64,000 bases of DNA from Octopus sinensis (lineage: Eukaryota), in NCBI RefSeq assembly GCF_006345805.1, contig NC_042999.1, forward strand, positions 86,986,001-87,050,000, read 5' to 3'. The translations under genes were made by a program, and so were the position numbers. Numbering within the stretch: the stretch's first letter is position 1; each line of letters opens with the position of its first letter. The notes beneath the pieces are model-generated. The model did not search any database. It was given only the letters and a program-made list of their open reading frames with translations, and was not told where the DNA came from. Positions 24,981 through 37,794 of this stretch are shown piece by piece.

Positions 24981-26164
24981 GGATCTTTTCGGTTTGAACG
25001 GCAGTTTTTTCTAGCGGTGTCATATGAAATTGTCACCCATAATTATGACCCTAGTATCGATCTATTGCATTTCAATCTGTTTTAGTGTTAGGGTTAGTTA
25101 GTGTTAGGGTTAGGGGGGGTATCTTTTTTTTCTTCACAAATGTAAATAAACCCAATCTGTTTCTTAAACGAGGGACATATTCCTATGGCACAGAATGTTT
25201 TTTTTTACCTCAATGGACGTCATTGATTGGTTGAAATTGCAGAAATTGAAGAAGAAAAAAAAACAAATATCTTACAAACTATAGAATTTTCTCAACAAAG
25301 CCAAGAGAAAAAGAAGTTTTATAAACACATTCTACCAGTATACGAAGTTTAAAATTTTTTAGTTACCTAGAAATTATGTTAAAAACTGCCGTTCAAACTG
25401 AAAAGATCCATTGTTTCCATACCAAATCATATTAAACGAGGGACATATTCATACTGCACAGAATGTTTTTTAACTCAATGGACGTCATCGATTGGTTGAA
25501 ATTGCAGAAATTGAAAAAAAAAAAAAAAACAGCAAATATCTTACAAACTATAGAATTTTCTCAACAAAGCCAAGAGAAAAAGAAGTTTTATAAACACATT
25601 CTACCAGTATACGAAGTTTAAAATTTTTTAGTTACCTAGAAATTATGTTAAAAACTGCCGTTCAAACTGAAAAGATCCATTGTTTCCATACCAAATCATA
25701 TTAAACGAGGGACATATTCATACTGCACAGAATGTTTTTTAACTCAATGGACGTCATCGATTGGTTGAAATTGCAGAAATTGAAAAAAAAAAAAAACAGC
25801 AAATATCTTACAAACTTCCACGCTGCAATTGTTTTCGTTCCAGCACACGATCTCAGATCAAATCACTTGCTATGTGAGTACATCTCCGTAAGTCTTTTGG
25901 TTATATTTTGTATTGCTAATGGAGAAGTTCTTAAGCAGATCAGGCCGAAAATGTCGCTAGAAGCTAGGATCACCAAGCATAGACTGAAATTGCAGAAATT
26001 GAAAAAAAAAAAAAACAGCAAATATCTTACAAACTATAGAATTTTCTCAATATAGCCAAGAGAAAAAGATGTTTTATAAACACATTCTACCAGTATACGA
26101 AGTTTAAAATTTTTTAGTTACCTAGAAATTATGTTAAAAACTGCCGTTCAAACCGAAAAGATCC
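24981..26164. mobile_element. Rearranged MITE with GG termini and an 8-bp TSD (Merlin-like; hAT or P not excluded)
   Basis: tagctttc|GGATCTTTTCGGTTTGAACGGCAGTTTTT ... AAAAACTGCCGTTCAAACCGAAAAGATCC|tagctttc. The interior holds 269-bp tandem units and an inverted copy of 23622-23999. Confidence 0.85.
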
Positions 26165-27609
26165 TAGCTTTCAAATGGAAAACCAGTTATTTTATGAACG
26201 GAACTTGGAGCACCGAGCAAGGTGAATAATGATGAACAGCATTGACTAATAACAAGTATATACTATACTATACTGTTCTATACTATACTATACTATACTA
26301 TACTATACTATTCAAATTATGCAAGAGAAGCACCTGTAGAGTAAAGTCTTTAACTATATAACATATGTTAGCTTTATAATATACTTTCAACAATGCACAT
26401 ACGTTGCATATGTTATATAAAGATAGTATAATAAGATACAATATATATTCATCTATCAGAAAGAAGTATATTTATTAACTGTGCAGACATACCTGTATTT
26501 CGTACTTAGCAGAATATGAGTCCATGCTAGGAAACAAACAAGGGCTTTATCCATGATCTTAACTACATGCAACAGATGTTTCTCATTTCAATCGTTGTAC
26601 AACATTATTTTATCCAGATTTGAATCTATATATAACCAGAGTCATAGATAATAAATAGGGTGAATTTCCCATCAAAAGTTATTCTTAATCTTTCACAGCT
26701 TAGATTCAAGACCACTCATTGGCACAAAAGAAGCCGTGAAAAGCCACTCCGATAAATTCAATTTCAAATTAACATCCTAAACTTCCTCAGTCATCATTAC
26801 TGTTAATTAGATCAAGCTATTTGTTCTGATTATGCGTTGCGTTAAATTTATCACGCACAAGCATCCACACTAAGTGGTTATCTCGCCCTGGTATGTGGAA
26901 TTCCACGGTGATGACTAAGATAACCAGTATCAGCCAAGAGAATAGCAACAGCGTTATATTTTCAGAGCTGAATACTCACAAGCTAAAAGCATGATCTACC
27001 TTGGTTTATGATGCCTTAATTCTAGAATAAAATAAACGATAAATTCTAGAATAAAATATATTCTTAGTGAATTACATAATTAATGTTGATTTTTGGAAAC
27101 ATGATCACATTTTCAAAAGGGAAAAGGTAGTTTGCGTGATGTTAATACTTCTTTAGATAGTGGTAGTTACGAAAGTAGAATGGGTTAACTTTAATCAGAG
27201 ATAGAAACAGATTGTTGGCAGTGAATTGGTAGAGTCGTCAATGCATTAGACAGAATGCTCCGTGATATTTGCTCCGGTTCCCAGCACTCAGAGTTCAAAT
27301 TCAACAATGTTCAACTCCGCCTTTCATCCTTTCAGAGTCAATAAAAAAAGTTTCAAGTCCGAGTAGTGGAATGACAGAAGTGCTTGGGCGTCGAACAAAT
27401 ACCTTGTGGTATTTGTAACGGCTCTTTGCGCTCTAATGACAATACGTCACTGACACTGATGACAAAATGCATCAGCCTTTTCATGAAAGGCTTTCTTTAG
27501 GGCAACACAAGAGGAAAACTTGTATGCACGGGCAGCAGCTAGTCTTGCATAAAACCCCTTGCTAGGTCTGCACGCACGCATACACACACGCACACACACA
27601 CACACACAC

Positions 27610-27830
27610 ACAAAACCATCAAGGGTAAAGAACAGAACATAATCAGCGATGGTACTCCATGGTCTCTTTTCTCATGTTGTATCTCTCTCCTCATCTCCGA
27701 CTCTCCTGCACTGTTTATTAATACCCGATGAAGGACTATTTCCGAAACGTTATACTTTTTGTAAATAAGTATTACTCCATTACTGTTTTCTTTCTTTGGG
27801 CGTCAATCTAATAATAGTAATTGTCAAAGT
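27610..27830 (+). mobile_element. Probable Penelope-like terminal fragment with a degenerate hammerhead-like motif
   Basis: CCGATGA A GGA-CTATT-TCC GAAA C GT T at 27725-27751; helix I is not intact. Confidence 0.45.
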
Positions 27831-27893
27831 GCCATGGACTTCTGTTGGGTTTTGGTTTTTATTTGTATTTGCATTGTATGTGCGTATGTGTGC

Positions 27894-27940
<47 letters not shown>

Positions 27941-28282
27941 CGTGTATGAAAGTTTCTTTTCACCGCATCTGCACTGAAGCTCCGCTCCTCACTTATATGA
28001 GATACAAAAGGTTTCATTGTATTCCTCTTTCATCAAATGCAGACTTAACTCATTCACTTTTGAAATTCGCCCTCGTTTTCTCATCGTAATTCAGAGAAGA
28101 GCGATTTCCTGAAACTCTTCTAAACAATTCGAATTCACATGAGGCTGAGGAAATGTGATATTTCAAAAGCAGGAAGTAGTTCCAGTTTTTAGACGACTTA
28201 TTTTAATCGTCCCGTCTAAAAATCCCGGGACAAGGTATGAAGCAAAAATTTAACCCAATTACAAGAATTATGTGTGTGTGTG

Positions 28283-28317
<35 letters not shown>

Positions 28318-28389
28318 TGTGTGTGTGTGTGTGTGAGTGTGTGCGTGTGCGTGTGTGCATGTATGTATGTACTCACATACATATACACG

Positions 28390-28610
28390 ATGCATTTCAG
28401 AAGTCTTCAGATTTTTTCTTTTTTTTTTTTCAAAGTAGGATATTCAGATTTCAACGCACTTGTTGTAACGCCTCAGTCTCTTCGTGAACAACCAATGGAC
28501 GTCCTCTAAATGAATGTGTCCAGGATCCATGCCACAGCCACCTTCATTTGCAAAACGACTTCCAGTGAGATTCTTCTTCAAGAAGTTAAGATTCTATCCA
28601 CACATAGAAT
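28390..28610 (-). mobile_element. Mariner transposase C-terminal remnant
   Basis: Minus strand gives FLKKNLTGSRFANE..RLRRYNKCVEI*ISYFEK, like mariner LK..L.G.RF..D/..W.KCVE..G.YFE, with a TIR-like end near 28390. Confidence 0.65.
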
Positions 28611-29174
28611 CAACAAATGTATGTGTGCGTACGTACGTGCGCGTGTGAAGAGAGAGGGTGAGACAGAGAGAGATAGGATGAGAGAGAGAGAGACAGAGAC
28701 AGAGAGAAATTTCAAGCATGAATAAAAGCAACGAAAGAACGAAGAAAATGAAGGAGCAAAATACTGATTGACTGTTGAGTAAGAGAAGTAACTCGAATAT
28801 TTCCTCTATAAAACTTGGTAAACAACGGTAAAGAAAAAAAAGACGAAAAATAAAGACTTCTGAACCAGAATTTTGCACGGTATAATTAGAAGTGTATTTG
28901 TAAATTAATTATTCAATAATGATTTGAGGATTAAAGGAATTAGTTATATGAAAATCAAAATACTTTTCATTTCACCGTAGATTTTTTTCTTTTTTTTTTT
29001 TTTTACTAACTTTAAGAATTTTGATTCTCATTTACTGTCACCCGTTATAAATACAATCCTTTATGCCGGCAATCAACGTAAATCCACACACACACACACA
29101 CCATAGACATACACACTTTCATATATCTATGTATGTATGTTTGTATGTGTGCATGAGTAAAATGTGTGTGTATG

Positions 29175-29248
<74 letters not shown>

Positions 29249-30884
29249 CTATGCTAGTATGTATATATATGAATGTATCTGTGTAAGTCTATGCCTGCAT
29301 AGTATTTTAATCAAAGAATTTCGACAATTTTTCGACGATGTACATACAATGAAAGTATACACACACCTACATCCATACACCCACGTCCACACCTACATAC
29401 ACTTAAGTGAACATAATTACGCGCGCACACAATGCTTGCTCTATCTTTTCTTTCTGTCTGTCTCTGTTTGTCTGTCTGTCCCCCTCTCTCTCTCTCTCTC
29501 TCACCAAGACTCCATATCAACAATGTTTTCCTTTTTCTTTAAAGCAGTCTACTCCGCAATTGACTGTTAACAGTCTTGGTCTGTAAGTCGTTTACACTGC
29601 TCTCAGTATCAAGTTTCTACTGTAAAAATAGTTACAGCTAATGGATGTATACGATAAACACTTTACACTACATGCTACTAATGGTTATAACTGTGCTGTG
29701 TTTTTTCATCTTACCAGCGTGTAGCCAAATTACACGGATTAAAATAAATCTGTCTTCCCTATATACAAATAGATGACTAACTAAACTTAATCGCTATGAG
29801 ACAACCATTACTATCTCGCGACTGCGCGAAGAGACACAGATTTTCGGTCAAACGTCAAACATCTGTCGGTACAGAATTGCTCTTGATACAATTTGCTGCT
29901 AGTCTGTCCTAGATATTACCGGAAAAGCTTTCAAGCCTTCTCTTGTTTTATGCTTGTCGAACATGGCAACAAACGATTACCAAGGAATTTCATTCCGCAA
30001 AAGCAGTCATAAATGTATGATTTCAATTCTAAAATAATCAATTATTCAAATTAAATGCTGTAGAAATTTTGTCCTTTGTGAAACTTTATTCTTTATGTAT
30101 AAAGCATTAGGTGAAAATAATGCCTTTTTCCGTAAGTCTGCAGTTCCCAACGATCACGATAGTCGGAGAAGTCCTTCATTCAGTACTAACTTTTCCTAAT
30201 TCACTTGTTAGTTTCAAGTATTCTGTGTGTACGCACACGCGCACGTGCACGTGCATGCGAAGTACGTTCATGATTATCCTTTCCTTTCACGAATGTAACT
30301 CCATCTTCAACTACTATCGTGTTTTTTTTATATATAGAGAGAGAGCTTTTAAGCACCACACACACACATGCGTACAGACGCACACACATTATATATAACA
30401 GAAGTATTAGATTAAACTGGCTATTTGTCTATCATACTTAATGTATATCCATCGCAAAAATGCAAATATACTGTTGTTTTCCGAAGATGATATATTTTAT
30501 GGACGTTCTGTGTTTAAAAACACAAATATATCAGTAACTGACGAAAATCGTCTACTAGCAGCTACGAGAATGCTAGATGCATAATTCAACCTCGTCGGGT
30601 TTTGTCAGTAGCATGTACTCTGTCAATCGTCTGCTAAAACAAAATTTATCGCTACAGGTATAAGAAAACAGTAATTGAACAATAAACAGAGTTGCAGGTG
30701 GCCGCCCGGCTGAATAAAGTATGATATACAGATGGCTATTTTAACCTAATACTGCTTCTTTTGCATATAATGGATTTTAATCAGCCGGGTAGCTAATTGC
30801 AACATCAGTGATTATTCAGTCTCGTATTTGAGAAATATTTCTGTATGCATAGCTCTTGCCGAAGCGCATTTATCTTCAGACATA

Positions 30885-31740
30885 CAGGGTGTTTGGGCTA
30901 AATTTGACAATTTTTTATGTATCTTTTGTCAGCTTGTTGTATTGATGTACAGTCAACAGCTTTGACTGGTGAAAAAAAGTTTACAGAAAAGTTGAGATGA
31001 TATGGGGGACCAGAAGCCATCTAAATATTGGAAAGGAGTCACCCATATCATGATGATTCGCGCTAGGTATGAAAATGCCGACAACTGCTGTTCAATGTTC
31101 TGTGAACACTGTAAAGGCTGTAAGACGTGGCATGGACAGCTGCAACGGAAGACTACAAGACCGTGGCTAACAGGAATTCTGACAGCGTCCACACGCCGTA
31201 ATTCATCCAACAACTAACTAACATAGCCTTAGGCTTAATTCAGATGACTATGTGAATCTGCTGCAGATTGTGGTCAATCCCTGGCTGAAGAAGGTAACTG
31301 ATGGAAGACCATAGGTGTGGCAACAGGGTTTGGCTCCTTACCATATCTCTGGAAAGAATCAGAAGTGGTCGTCGGAGAATTTTCACGACTTCAACAATCC
31401 CAATTTCTAACCTCTTAATCCCCCCAATTGTAATCCCATAGAACACTATATGCGGGACACGGTTGAGAAGGACATCAACTGCATTGCCCGTGACACCAAG
31501 GTCAAGCTGGTGGCTCAGACCAAGGATGTGTCCATAGATCTTCCCAGGGAGACAGTGAAGAATGCATGCTCCAAGTTCCGGAGTTGTCTTGAAGCCGTGG
31601 CGGAAGCTGAGGCTGGTTACTATGAGAAAACTGTCATCTCCCAGCAATAATCTAGTTGATATTTTTTGATTTTTTAAAAATACTTCTATTTTTGAGTGAG
31701 ATGCTTTCTTTCCCTTTTATGCAAACTGTCAATTTAGCCC
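30885..31740 (+). mobile_element. Internally deleted Tc1/mariner element (maT/DD37D-like)
   Basis: TA|cagggtgtttgggctaaatttgacaa and a truncated right TIR tgtcaatttagccc. C-terminal transposase remnant RDTVEKDINCIAR..LPRETVKNACSKFRSCLEAVAEAEAGYYE. Confidence 0.75.
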
Positions 31741-32754
31741 TGTCAATGATGGAGAAGTACACATCTAAGTATACTGTCTTTTGTACATATAGAAAAGAAA
31801 GAAGCCATGAAGAGTTGCTATCTACATCCGTGAAGATGTCATACTCTTAACTCTGTTGTCGCATTCAAACTCGATCGTTAAGAGGGAAAACAGTAACTAT
31901 CCGCTCCTATCTCCCTCCTCTTTCTTTCCCTCTCCTTTTCTTCATTCCTATCAACTCTATACGACTTCCACTCCCACATATTTGACCTCATCTTTCCCTT
32001 TCTTACTTGACTGCTTTATTTCAAATATTTTTTTTTTATTCTGTTCTTCCGGCTTCGCTTTTCATTTCAGCTCACAACTAAGGTGAGTTCGAAATTCACA
32101 CTCACTGATGGTCGCTCTCAGTAACTGCCTTTCGCTTACGGAGTTCTTGTTTTTATAACTATCGAAAAGCAGCCAGAAGGATAGACATATTGTTGAGAAC
32201 AAATGATTTCGTTGGAGGTCTGTTACCTACATTCCAGCCAGTGGTGGCCTAGAAGAGGTTAGAAGGGTCAAGTGGCAAAGACATTATTCTGCTTAGCGAA
32301 GGCATCTGGGAAATGTATAACTGCTGTCATTCACAGAAAAACTATTGCTTTACCGTGAGAAAAGCGCTGTTGAAGTGTTAAGTGAAATTTGGCAATCGAG
32401 GATCGAATCCACGCTATGCCTGCATGAAGCCACTACAAATACATTGTGGAATAAAATGTTTATCTACTGTCATGGAAAGGTGTAACTGTAAAAATGCAGA
32501 ATTATCGGAGTAATGGGCATCCAAAAAAGTATGTATGTATAGAAATGTATGAATGAAGTCTTTGAGGTTGAAGATTCAAATTAAGGAAGTGCAATAATAA
32601 TGTTTAGCAGTTCAAAACTGTGAGTAGTGAAATGCAGAATTAGGTCAGCTGATCGTGAGAATTAAATACCGATCGCTTCGCTAAAAAATGCAGGCGGTAT
32701 GGGTTATTTAAATAAAATAGTAATATGTAGTAAATAGAAGGATCCATTGGAGAG

Positions 32755-33160
32755 GCCCTAGTATCGATTTTTTTTTCAACAATCTAAGTATGTCACGAGG
32801 TTTCCAGACATGAGTTTTAACTCACATGTGAAATAAAGTGATATTGTCTGCAAAAATTAGAAATTGGACACACAAAAGATCAATATTCAAAATAATCGAA
32901 CACAATGAAATGGGTTATTTCCCTTCAGTGTTAAAAAAAACATTGTGTAGGTGCTATGGGTTATTTCCCTGGGTGTTAAAAAAAATTAGTTATATGAGGT
33001 AAATATAAAGGTCCCTTCCAGGGGCCTATTATCGATTTTTTCAACAATCTAAGTATGTCACAAGGTTTCCAGACATGAAATCTACTAACGTTTCAAGTTT
33101 CATCAAAATCAATAAAACGATGTCGGAGGACATCACCCATTTTCCACATATGTAGTAGAA
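32755..33160. repeat. MITE-like remnant with a ~270-bp direct duplication
   Basis: tatcgattttttcaacaatctaagtatgtcac(g/a)aggtttccagacatga occurs at ~32762 and ~33030; atgggttatttccct is also doubled. Confidence 0.65.
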
Positions 33161-33274
33161 TGTTTAAAAATAATAAATTTTTACTCTACAAAAGTATAGA
33201 GTAACTAGTCAGATTAATGTAAATTTATTTATATATATATATATATATAATGGAAGTTCCTGGAAGGTCTAGCA

Positions 33275-33530
33275 TTCCACTTTGGGATTGAAAACTATAC
33301 CAACTACCAGACTGGACATCATTGTATAGTACCAAAGATCCCGCCCTCTTCGTATAGAGTTAAGTATCCGATACTGTAACAATTTAGGGTTCAAAAACCC
33401 GCTAGTTTTCAATACCTTGCCAGAGCTACTCAGAGGTCTACGATGTGTAGATGTGGATATGTTCAAAGAACAATTAGACAAATTTTTATTTGATATATTA
33501 GATGAACTCCACATCAATGTAAGAACCGGA
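33275..33530 (+). mobile_element. CR1/L2-group LINE 3' remnant
   Basis: Encodes FNTLPELLRGLRCVDVDMFKEQLDKFLFDILDEL, matching the LFN.LP..LR....V..FK..LDKFL C-terminal motif. Confidence 0.65.
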
Positions 33531-33816
33531 AAGAAGAGCAGCTCTGTCCAACTTGCTGCTTCGCTAGAGACTGAAGTAAGAATAGAGTCGAAAATAAACG
33601 AGCATTCGTGCTGTCGACAACCTCTAGTTGAAATCAATAAGAGATCTCACACACACACCTCATTTGCTGAACAGCGATGATATTTTATTACCGATTTTGT
33701 AATGTTATGGAGAATCCAAAGTTAACATTTTTGCAGCTCAGCAAATAATATGGTAAAGCTTTGGCAGCTAGACGAACTCTTTTTTAAAATTTGGCAGTTC
33801 ACCACTGTTTTCTCTT

Positions 33817-33894
<78 letters not shown>

Positions 33895-35154
33895 ATATCA
33901 GTATTCACATTTTTGTCATATTTAACACCATTGAATGTGTGTTATACTATTATTATATATTAGAATGCCAGCCTAACTGAGCAATGCGATTTCAAAACCC
34001 ATCAAAGGTCTACATTGTGGCATTGCACCAAAATAAATATTCTAGTAATATTCTCTAATATATAAAGTAGGTGGGTTAACAGAAGCAAACTGGTTGATGT
34101 GTTATTGACCCGATGATCATTCGTTTGTACTGTATCTAACACTGTACCAAGCACATAACATTGCTCCGTTTAATAACCCGACTGACAAAAAAATTAATTT
34201 ATCCCAGAGATTCTATTTCCATCTATATGAAAGAACAATTGTGGGGGTCTTAGTTCGATTCCAGGACCGGGCTGTGTGTCGTGTTCTTGAGCATGGCACT
34301 TTTATTTCCTGTTGCTCCAGTTCACTCAGCTGTACAAATGAGTTGCGACATCACTGGTGCTAAGCTGTATCGGCCTCTACATTTCCCTTGGACAACGTTG
34401 GTGGAGTGGAGAGAGGAGACTGGTATGCTGGTCTTCCCCAAGCAACCTTGCCCGGAGGAGAACTTATATCCAGTAACTCCTCGACTATCGCGGGTGTTAC
34501 GTTCCAAAACCTCCCACACAAATAATTAAAATCTAAAAGAATATAAATATCTATCAGCCGCAGAAACCTGGATAAACTGAGGAGTCCGCGATATAAATAT
34601 ACATATATTGGCCAGAAAAATCAGCGAGGTACTGAGTGCGTATATACAATATGTGTGTGTGTGTGTGTGTGCGTGATTGCCATGGGTCAGACAGAATTTA
34701 TCAAGGCAGATTTTCTTCGTCCAGATGCCCTTTCAGTCACCAGCCCTTTACTTACTTCCAAGCTAGGTAATATTTCTTCATAGCCAGACATGTCCTTGTA
34801 GAAAATTTGAAATGAATTACACTGCCTGTATGATAGTGACAATCATTTACAACTATCGTACGATGTCAAGACAAGGACACAAACACTCATTCGCATACAT
34901 ATATTTTTTGCTTTTTTTTTTTTTTGTTATTTCAGTCACTAGACTACAGGCATGCAGGGGTACCGCCTTGAAGTGTTTTAGTCGAATGAATTGACCGAAG
35001 TATTTATTCTTTTTCTATGCCTGCTACTTATTTTATAAGTCACTTCCGCCGAATCGCTAAGTTACGAAGTCGTAAACAAACCAACGCCGGTTGTCCATAC
35101 ACACACGTATACATACAGCTGTATGTAAATACACATCTATATACACACGTAAAA

Positions 35155-35382
35155 ACACCATTTGGGCGTGGCCGTTGCCAGTACCACCTGACTGGCCCTC
35201 GTGTCGGTGGCCCGTAAAAGCACCCACTACACTCTCGGAATGGTTGACGTTAGGAAGGGCATCCAGCTGTAGAAACTCTGCCAAATCAGATTGGAGCCTG
35301 GTGCAGCCATCTGGCTCACCAGTCCCCAGTCAAACCGTCCAACCCATGCCAGCATGGAAAGCGGACGTAAAACGATGATGAT
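35155..35382 (+). mobile_element. SINE-like family D with hairpin monomers and a (GAT)n tail
   Basis: gcacccactacactctcgga..ggaagggcatccagctgtagaaactctgcc..gcatggaaagcggacgttaaacgatgatg. Copies at ~41960-42392 (+), ~46538-46900 (-), ~47877-48203 (+, nested in RTE) and ~52340-53155 (+). Confidence 0.85.
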
Positions 35383-36239
35383 ACTAGCATACACGTGTGT
35401 GTGTCCCCTAGTGGTCTGGGACTTGTATTCACAACTTTAAGAACATGATTTTGACTTCCAGACTTGACGGTGTATTGTGTTCTTGAGCAAAACACTTCAT
35501 CTCATGTTGCAGTCTCAACTGTAAATGAGAAACCATGCGACGGGTTGGTGTCCCGTTCTGGGGAATCCTGTGATCTGGGTCACATATACGCCATGGAAAC
35601 TGGATCTATCCAAGGAACTTGAGATAGTAATGTCCAAGATATATGAAATTTGTGAACAAACAGTGAAACGATCCGTCACGATGCTCTCTTTTTTCTTCCA
35701 AACACCAATAGAAAAAGTTTTAGTTTAGCTACAAGAAAGCTTTGTATTATTATTGTTGTTGCTGAGTTCAAAATCCCACTGAGGTCGACTTTGCCTTTAA
35801 TCCATTCTAGGTCGATGAAATAAGTACCAGTTATGCACAGGAGTCGATATAATCGACTAGCCCCCTTCCCTTAAAATCAAGACCTTGTGCCTAGAGTAAA
35901 AATTATTATTGCTACGTTCTGAATTCAAAATCCACCCAGGTCGACTTTGCATTTCATCCTTTCGGTGTTGATAAATTAAGCGCCAGTTAAACACTGGGGT
36001 CGATGTAATCGATTAATCCCCTCCCCACAAATTTCAGGCCTTGTGCTTTTAGTAGAAAGGATTATTATTTTTTTTCTTTTCTGATTCACGCTATGTTGTG
36101 CATAAACACAAACACAGTTTTTTAAACTACTGCAAGTCAATGATTATAGAAAAAAACCGTGGAGGAAAGGAGTTAAGAATATTCTGGGGAGCAAAAGTCA
36201 TAGTAATGCTAGAAATTTTATAAAAATGGAGGTTGAACT

Positions 36240-36660
36240 ATCTCAATGCTAATCAGCCGAATGACCTGTCTATGGAGGCAGTCTAGGATGTGCGTGGGCA
36301 ACTGCAGCAGCACTGTTCTTGAAGTGGGAGCGGGACATCATTTTGTTTGACATCTGTACAATTAGTAGCATGGAAAGGAGTGTTGTGGGTGTGAAGAATT
36401 CCAGTATTTGACATGTTGTCTTGGCTATGTTAAGGATGTGCTTTCTCCAGGAGAGATCCTAAGTGACAGAGGATCCTAACAGTTAAAGCGATTATGGTGA
36501 TTGTCTCTGCTGCTGGTGTTTCAGCGAGATGAGACTGATGTCTCAATGTGAGTGTGTCTATTGATACCCAAGAAGTCAAGACTGACACAATCTATTTGGA
36601 AGATGCTTTTGAGGTCTCTGTTTAATGACAGTGTAACAGTAAAACTTACTGGCAACTCAC
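36240..36660 (-). mobile_element. Degraded LINE RT C-terminal fragment (CR1/Jockey group)
   Basis: Minus strand gives LGIN..SDLSWRKHILNIAK-like residues, with stops and frameshifts. Confidence 0.55.
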
Positions 36661-37794
36661 TGGACTTAATCCAATGCCTGCTTTAACTCCACCACCTAAC
36701 ACTCATGTATCTTTAGTGCTGCCCACTCTGTTACAAGAATTCAGGCCTCCAGTCTAGGGCTGTTTCTCATCAGTCTTAAAGGCCTTCAAAAATGTATAGG
36801 CATTACTCTATTTTCAGACTTAACCATTAAAAAAAAAAAATACTATTTTCTTCTAAAATCTACACTATAGTAGTTATTGAAGAGGAAACTAATTAAATGC
36901 TGTACTTAGGTCTTGGACCCAAGATGTATGCTGCTGCAGCCTGGGTCAATGCTGGAATTCTATCATATGATCGTTTGTTATGTCAAGATATGTTGCTGTT
37001 ACTCCACTCTGCAGTCTATTTTTAATGCATGAATTAAGACTGATAATGGCCAGTTCAGAGACGGCCAAGACAGATTCAATCAACACAACAATCTTGATTA
37101 CTGGAAGGTGGGTTACCCAAAATTAAATTTAGTCTTTGTAGCTATCATAAAATTGTCTCTGCACGACTTACAACCTGGGGCTTCTTGTTATCGTTAAAAA
37201 TTTTGAACAAAATTTCGATCAAGTTACATTGGTTCTAAATTTCAAAGTCAGGCTTCATATAAACAGTTAAAAAGATTTTAGCTGAATCAAGACATTAACT
37301 GAATTAACCAGTGAAAGTATTTATATATGTATGGTTATCATATTAAAGTGAATTTTGTATATATTTTATTCATGTCACATGACAGTTTTCTAACTTTGGA
37401 CATGCCTAGCCAGTTTTTGGGATGGTGAAAAAAAAAAATTGTGGTATATTTCACTTCCTCTATACATGTTCTTGCTCTAATTGAAATGTACAAAATTACT
37501 AGATGAACTTTTTTTTAAATTTATGCCCCACCCTTCTTTGGTACACATTTTTCAATGGTGCAGTTTTATCTAAAATATAACCTTACAGATATATTTCTGT
37601 AATCATGAAATCAAATTTGAAAGAGACTAAAACATTTTTTAATCATTAGTGTCATTTATTTATTTTCATTTTAGTACCTAAGGTATCTGCCACTAGTTAG
37701 AATCTTAAACCAACTATTATTATAGGGTACTCTTGGTTATTCCTATGTGAATAAACCAAACAACAGAAGTAGATAATTTGTAGCAACAGTTTAA

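Noticed and set aside
28436-28564. Apparent plus-strand exon (MCPGSMPQPPSFAKRLP|GTGAGA)
   Set aside because: The opposite strand is better explained as a mariner transposase C-terminal remnant.
32071-32082. 12-nt microexon-like segment (tttcAG|CTCACAACTAAG|GTGAGT) after a long pyrimidine tract
   Set aside because: The splice signals are good but no host gene could be assembled around it, so chance cannot be excluded. Worth a junction-read check only.
33080-33112. Minus-strand TTGATGA..GAAACGTT hammerhead-like match
   Set aside because: It has no helix I or II and overlaps the common DNA-transposon motif attttgatgaaactt.
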